Source of the DNA: an uncultured Acidobacteriota bacterium
Lineage (GTDB): Bacteria > Acidobacteriota > Terriglobia > Terriglobales > Acidobacteriaceae
Assembly: GCA_963754885.1 (NCBI GenBank)
Contig: CAVWHT010000041.1
Coordinates: 24,441 to 88,440, forward strand
Direction of reading: 5' to 3'
DNA: 64,000 nucleotides
Both the position numbers and the translations under genes were made by a program. Shown one piece after another: positions 60,904 to 64,000 of the stretch. Within the stretch, counting starts at the first letter, position 1. Every line of letters starts with the position of its first letter. The notes beneath the pieces were generated by a model. It saw nothing but the letters and a program-made list of their open reading frames with translations. It had not been told where the DNA came from and searched no databases.

Positions 60904-62337
60904 TTATGCGATGCGCTGGAGCGCCTGCGCGATAAGCGCATCCTGCTCGGGAGCAACCGTGCGCAGATCCAGCAGAACCCTGCCATCTTCGACGCGAGCG
61001 ATAATTGGGGGATCGGAGTTGCGCAGGCGGGCGCACAGCGCGTCCGCGGTCAAATCGGCGCAACTTACCGCCAGCAGCCGCGTGGGAAGCACCGAAGATG
61101 GGGCCGCGCCGCCGCCGATGACCGATTCGCCGTCAATGATTTCGACCTTCATTTTTGATAGCTGCTGGGACTCAGCTCGCGTCTTCGAGATCTGCGCCAC
61201 ACTGTTTGCCAAGGCCTGGGCGCGGGTCCCGATTTCATCCTTGCTCAAGCGCATCATCCGCAACGTGGGGATCGCGCCGTGATCGCCTTTGACATAAGCG
61301 AGCAGCGTGGCTTCAAGTGCCGCATAAGTAAGTTTGTCCACGCGCAAGGCGCGAAAGAGAGAATTCGAGCGCATGCGGGCTACCAGGTCGGCGCGGCCGG
61401 TGATCAGCCCAGCCTGTGGACCGCCCAGCAGCTTGTCTCCGCTGTAGGTGACGATGTCGACGCCGGCGCGCAGGCTATCGAGCACGCTGGCTTCGCCATG
61501 GATGCCGAAATTCTGCAGGTCAACCAGCGCCCCGCTTCCCAGATCTTCCACCAGGGGCAAGTCGCGCGCTTGCGCAAGATTCACAAGCTCCGCGGTGGAA
61601 GGCTGCTCGGTGAATCCGCTGATTTCGAAATTGGATCGGTGCACCCGCAACAGCAGCCGCGTGCGCTCGTGGATCGCGTCCTCATAGTCGGCGATCCGCG
61701 TGCGATTGGTGGTGCCCACTTCGCGCAGGATCGCCCCCGACTTCGTCATCACGTCGGGGATGCGAAACGATCCGCCAATCTCGACCAGTTCCCCGCGCGA
61801 GACGATCACCTCACCCGCTTCCGCCAGGGTATTCAATGCCAACAGAACTGCGGCGGCATTGTTGTTGACTACGATGGTGGCGATGCGGTCGTCGCCCAGC
61901 GCCTTGCGGAACAGGCGGTCGACATGCACGTCGCGCTTGCCGCGTTCCCCGGCTTCCACGTCGAATTCAAGATTGGAATAGCCACCGCTGGTTTCGCGGA
62001 TGTGATCCAGCGCCGACTCCGCTAACGGGGCGCGTCCGAGATTGGTGTGCAGAATGACTCCGGTTGCGTTGATGACCGCGCGCAGCGAGTAGGCCAGCGA
62101 CTGGCGGAGATGTCCCTCGACGGCATTGGACAGGCCGCCCAGAGCAAGCCGTAGCCTGCGCTCATCCAGCGATCCGGAGGCAATCTCGTCGCGGAGACGG
62201 CCGAGCACCGCGCGCGCAGCATCGGTGACCGCGGCGGCGCCATGAACCGCAGCGAGCGAAGCGACAGCCTCAGTCCGGAGCAATTCATCGACCGCCGGCA
62301 ATTCGCGGAAGAGTTCCGATCTCGCGGTAGCTTTCAT
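60904..62337 (-). CDS. selA: L-seryl-tRNA(Sec) selenium transferase
   Basis: ...AVINATGVILHTNLGRAPL... and ...YSGDKLLGGPQAGLITG (PLP-lysine motif); 477 aa. Confidence 0.93.
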   Translation of the reverse strand: MKATARSELFRELPAVDELLRTEAVASLAAVHGAAAVTDAARAVLGRLRDEIASGSLDERRLRLALGGLSNAVEGHLRQSLAYSLRAVINATGVILHTNLGRAPLAESALDHIRETSGGYSNLEFDVEAGERGKRDVHVDRLFRKALGDDRIATIVVNNNAAAVLLALNTLAEAGEVIVSRGELVEIGGSFRIPDVMTKSGAILREVGTTNRTRIADYEDAIHERTRLLLRVHRSNFEISGFTEQPSTAELVNLAQARDLPLVEDLGSGALVDLQNFGIHGEASVLDSLRAGVDIVTYSGDKLLGGPQAGLITGRADLVARMRSNSLFRALRVDKLTYAALEATLLAYVKGDHGAIPTLRMMRLSKDEIGTRAQALANSVAQISKTRAESQQLSKMKVEIIDGESVIGGGAAPSSVLPTRLLAVSCADLTADALCARLRNSDPPIIARVEDGRVLLDLRTVAPEQDALIAQALQRIA

Positions 62338-62383
62338 TTTCCGGATTATCCCATGAAACCGCGCCCCGCCCGCGCATTCGCGC

Positions 62384-62827
62384 TTACAACGTGTGCAGGT
62401 ATGCCAGCAGATCCTGGATATCTTGCGGGCTCAGCTTCTGGCTATAGGCCGGCATTTCATTGCGGCCCAGCCGGATGATGTCGGTGACGCGCTCGTCATT
62501 GGCCGGCAACCCGCTCAGGGGAAGATATTTGTGCTGGAAGATTCCCTTTAGCCCCGGTCCTTTTTTCCCTCTTGTGGAATACGGCCGGTGACAGCGGTCG
62601 CATTCGGAGTCGTAGATCTTGCGGCCAGCCGACTGCTGAGGGTTCAGGCCGAGTTCGGCGTCCGACTTGCGGCGCTCGACGTCGCAGGCCAACGCGGATG
62701 CCAACACCGCGCCCGCCAGCAAGATTCCGAATAAAGAAGTGTAAGTAGTTCTGCCAGAGATGAATCCGCCGTCTCGCTCTCGCAATCGAATGAACCGTCC
62801 TTGCTGCCGTGATACGCGGCGCTGCAC
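62384..62827 (-). CDS. Membrane-anchored/secreted class I c-type cytochrome
   Basis: Single CDRCH haem-binding motif with a distal ...NEMPAY... Met; N-terminal hydrophobic anchor. Confidence 0.8.
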   Translation of the reverse strand: MQRRVSRQQGRFIRLRERDGGFISGRTTYTSLFGILLAGAVLASALACDVERRKSDAELGLNPQQSAGRKIYDSECDRCHRPYSTRGKKGPGLKGIFQHKYLPLSGLPANDERVTDIIRLGRNEMPAYSQKLSPQDIQDLLAYLHTL

Positions 62828-62869
62828 GCCGCCTTACAATGATAAAGTATCCGGACCGGGTTGCTATTG

Positions 62870-63304
62870 ATGATGACCATCGCGATCAAACGAGTGTACG
62901 AACCGGTCACGCGCACCGACGGCGCCCGTGTGCTGGTGGATCGTCTGTGGCCGCGCGGTCTCACCAAGGCAAAAGCCGCCATTGACGAGTGGTTGCGCGA
63001 CCTTGCCCCCTCCGATGAATTGCGCCGCTGGTACCATGCGCGGCCGGACGAGTGGCCAGCATTCCGCCAAAAGTATTTGAAAGAACTGGCGCGGCCTGAT
63101 TGCGAATCCGGCCTGCAGAGGCTTTACGAACTGGCCCACAAAAAGAAACGCCTGACCCTGCTTTTCGCTTCGAAGAACGAATCGCACAATAACGCGCTTG
63201 TGCTCAAGGAATTGCTGGAAGGAATTCGCAAACCTCCGACTGGAACCGGCCCCGGCGCCATTACCGCGCAAAGGCAGCGCCGGGCAGCGGTACGGCGCAG
63301 GTAA
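62870..63304 (+). CDS. DUF488 family protein (YeaO-like)
   Basis: ...IAIKRVYEPVTRTDGARVLVDRLWPRGLTKAKAAIDEWLRDLAPSDELRRWY...; start ATG 62870/62873 preferred over track TTG 62861. Confidence 0.8.
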   Translation: MMTIAIKRVYEPVTRTDGARVLVDRLWPRGLTKAKAAIDEWLRDLAPSDELRRWYHARPDEWPAFRQKYLKELARPDCESGLQRLYELAHKKKRLTLLFASKNESHNNALVLKELLEGIRKPPTGTGPGAITAQRQRRAAVRRR

Positions 63305-63390
63305 GCGAGCACGCATATTTCACTCGTGCAAACATCGCCTCGCCCGGTGGTTCCTCGAAAGGCCCTGATCTCATTTAGAATCGTGCGCGC

Positions 63391-64000
63391 ATGCGGTCTG
63401 TCTTCCAGTGGAATCTTGGCTCGCGTTCGCTCGAACTGGGCAAGCGCACGCTGATCATGGGCGTGCTCAATGTCACGCCGGATTCCTTTTCCGACGGCGG
63501 CCAGTTTTTCGATCCCGAGAAAGCTCTGGAACACGCGGAGCATCTGCTCGAGCAAGGCGCCGACATCATTGACGTGGGAGGAGAATCCACGCGTCCGGGA
63601 GCGCGAGTCGAGGCCGGAGCGCCCCGGCAAACCGAATCAAAAAAAACTTCTGCCGCTTCTACGAAGGCCCCGCCGGTAACGGCGGAAGAGGAACTCAAGC
63701 GCATCCTCCCCGCCATCGCGCAATTGAAGAAGAAGCATCCGAAGACCGTCATTTCCGTCGATACCTACAAAGCCAGCGTGGCCCGGGCCGCGGTCGGCGC
63801 GGGCGCTGAAATTGTGAACGACGTGAGCGGATTCCGCTGGGATCCTCTGATGGCAAAAACAGTCGCGGATCTCAAATGCGGGGCCGTGTTGATGCATATG
63901 CGCGGGCGTCCTGAAGAATGGCGCACCCTGCCACCGCCGGGCGACATCGTGCTGCTGGTCAAGCGAGAATTGAAAGAATGGGCCGAGAAAGCGGTGCTCG
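63391..64000 (+). CDS. folP: Dihydropteroate synthase, 5' part (runs off window end)
   Basis: Not in the track (no stop). Manual translation from ATG 63391: MRSVFQWNLGSRSLELGKRTLIMGVLNVTPDSFSDGG...IIDVGGESTRPGA...ISVDTYKASVARAAVGAGAEIVNDVSG. Confidence 0.9.
   Translation, partial: MRSVFQWNLGSRSLELGKRTLIMGVLNVTPDSFSDGGQFFDPEKALEHAEHLLEQGADIIDVGGESTRPGARVEAGAPRQTESKKTSAASTKAPPVTAEEELKRILPAIAQLKKKHPKTVISVDTYKASVARAAVGAGAEIVNDVSGFRWDPLMAKTVADLKCGAVLMHMRGRPEEWRTLPPPGDIVLLVKRELKEWAEKAVL

Overview
High-GC bacterial chromosome segment. It is probably Acidobacteriota/Terriglobia-like; this is inferred from a CarboxypepD_reg-type TonB receptor, an acidobacterial-type VWA protein and characteristic GC-rich REP families. 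Gene content is mostly housekeeping. From the left: a catabolic cluster (M24 peptidase, 2-oxoacid dehydrogenase E1 alpha/beta, HIBADH-like reductase, GntR), a TonB receptor, hsp20-clpB, polA, a Phd/VapC pair and murJ. After a visibly AT-richer island (about 29.2-32.7 kb) with an atypical tRNA-Leu(UAA), an IS1595 transposase and orphan ORFs come ispD-ispF and ispE. These are followed by tRNA-Gln and a translation block (prs, ctc, pth, rpsF, rpsR, rplI). The right end holds a RelE TA pair, an ECF sigma/anti-sigma/DUF4097/PDZ cluster, a GAF-GGDEF cyclase, recG, lipA, mlaD, acpS, selA and a partial folP. Main second-look items: (1) an ArsC/Spx-family gene with an in-frame UGA at its redox Cys, a SECIS-like hairpin, and selA in the same window, i.e. 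a likely unannotated selenoprotein. (2) A class of long imperfect hairpins whose arms are tandem 6-9 nt 'words'; the words differ between loci but the architecture is the same, and they fill most intercistronic spacers. (3) GC-rich REP-like palindromes inserted in frame inside ispE, recG, a quinone oxidoreductase and a GATase. (4) At least 8 single-base frame disruptions plus one probable one, including one in essential rpsR. Several of them sit in homopolymer runs, which points to assembly error rather than pseudogenes. No CRISPR array or rRNA was seen.
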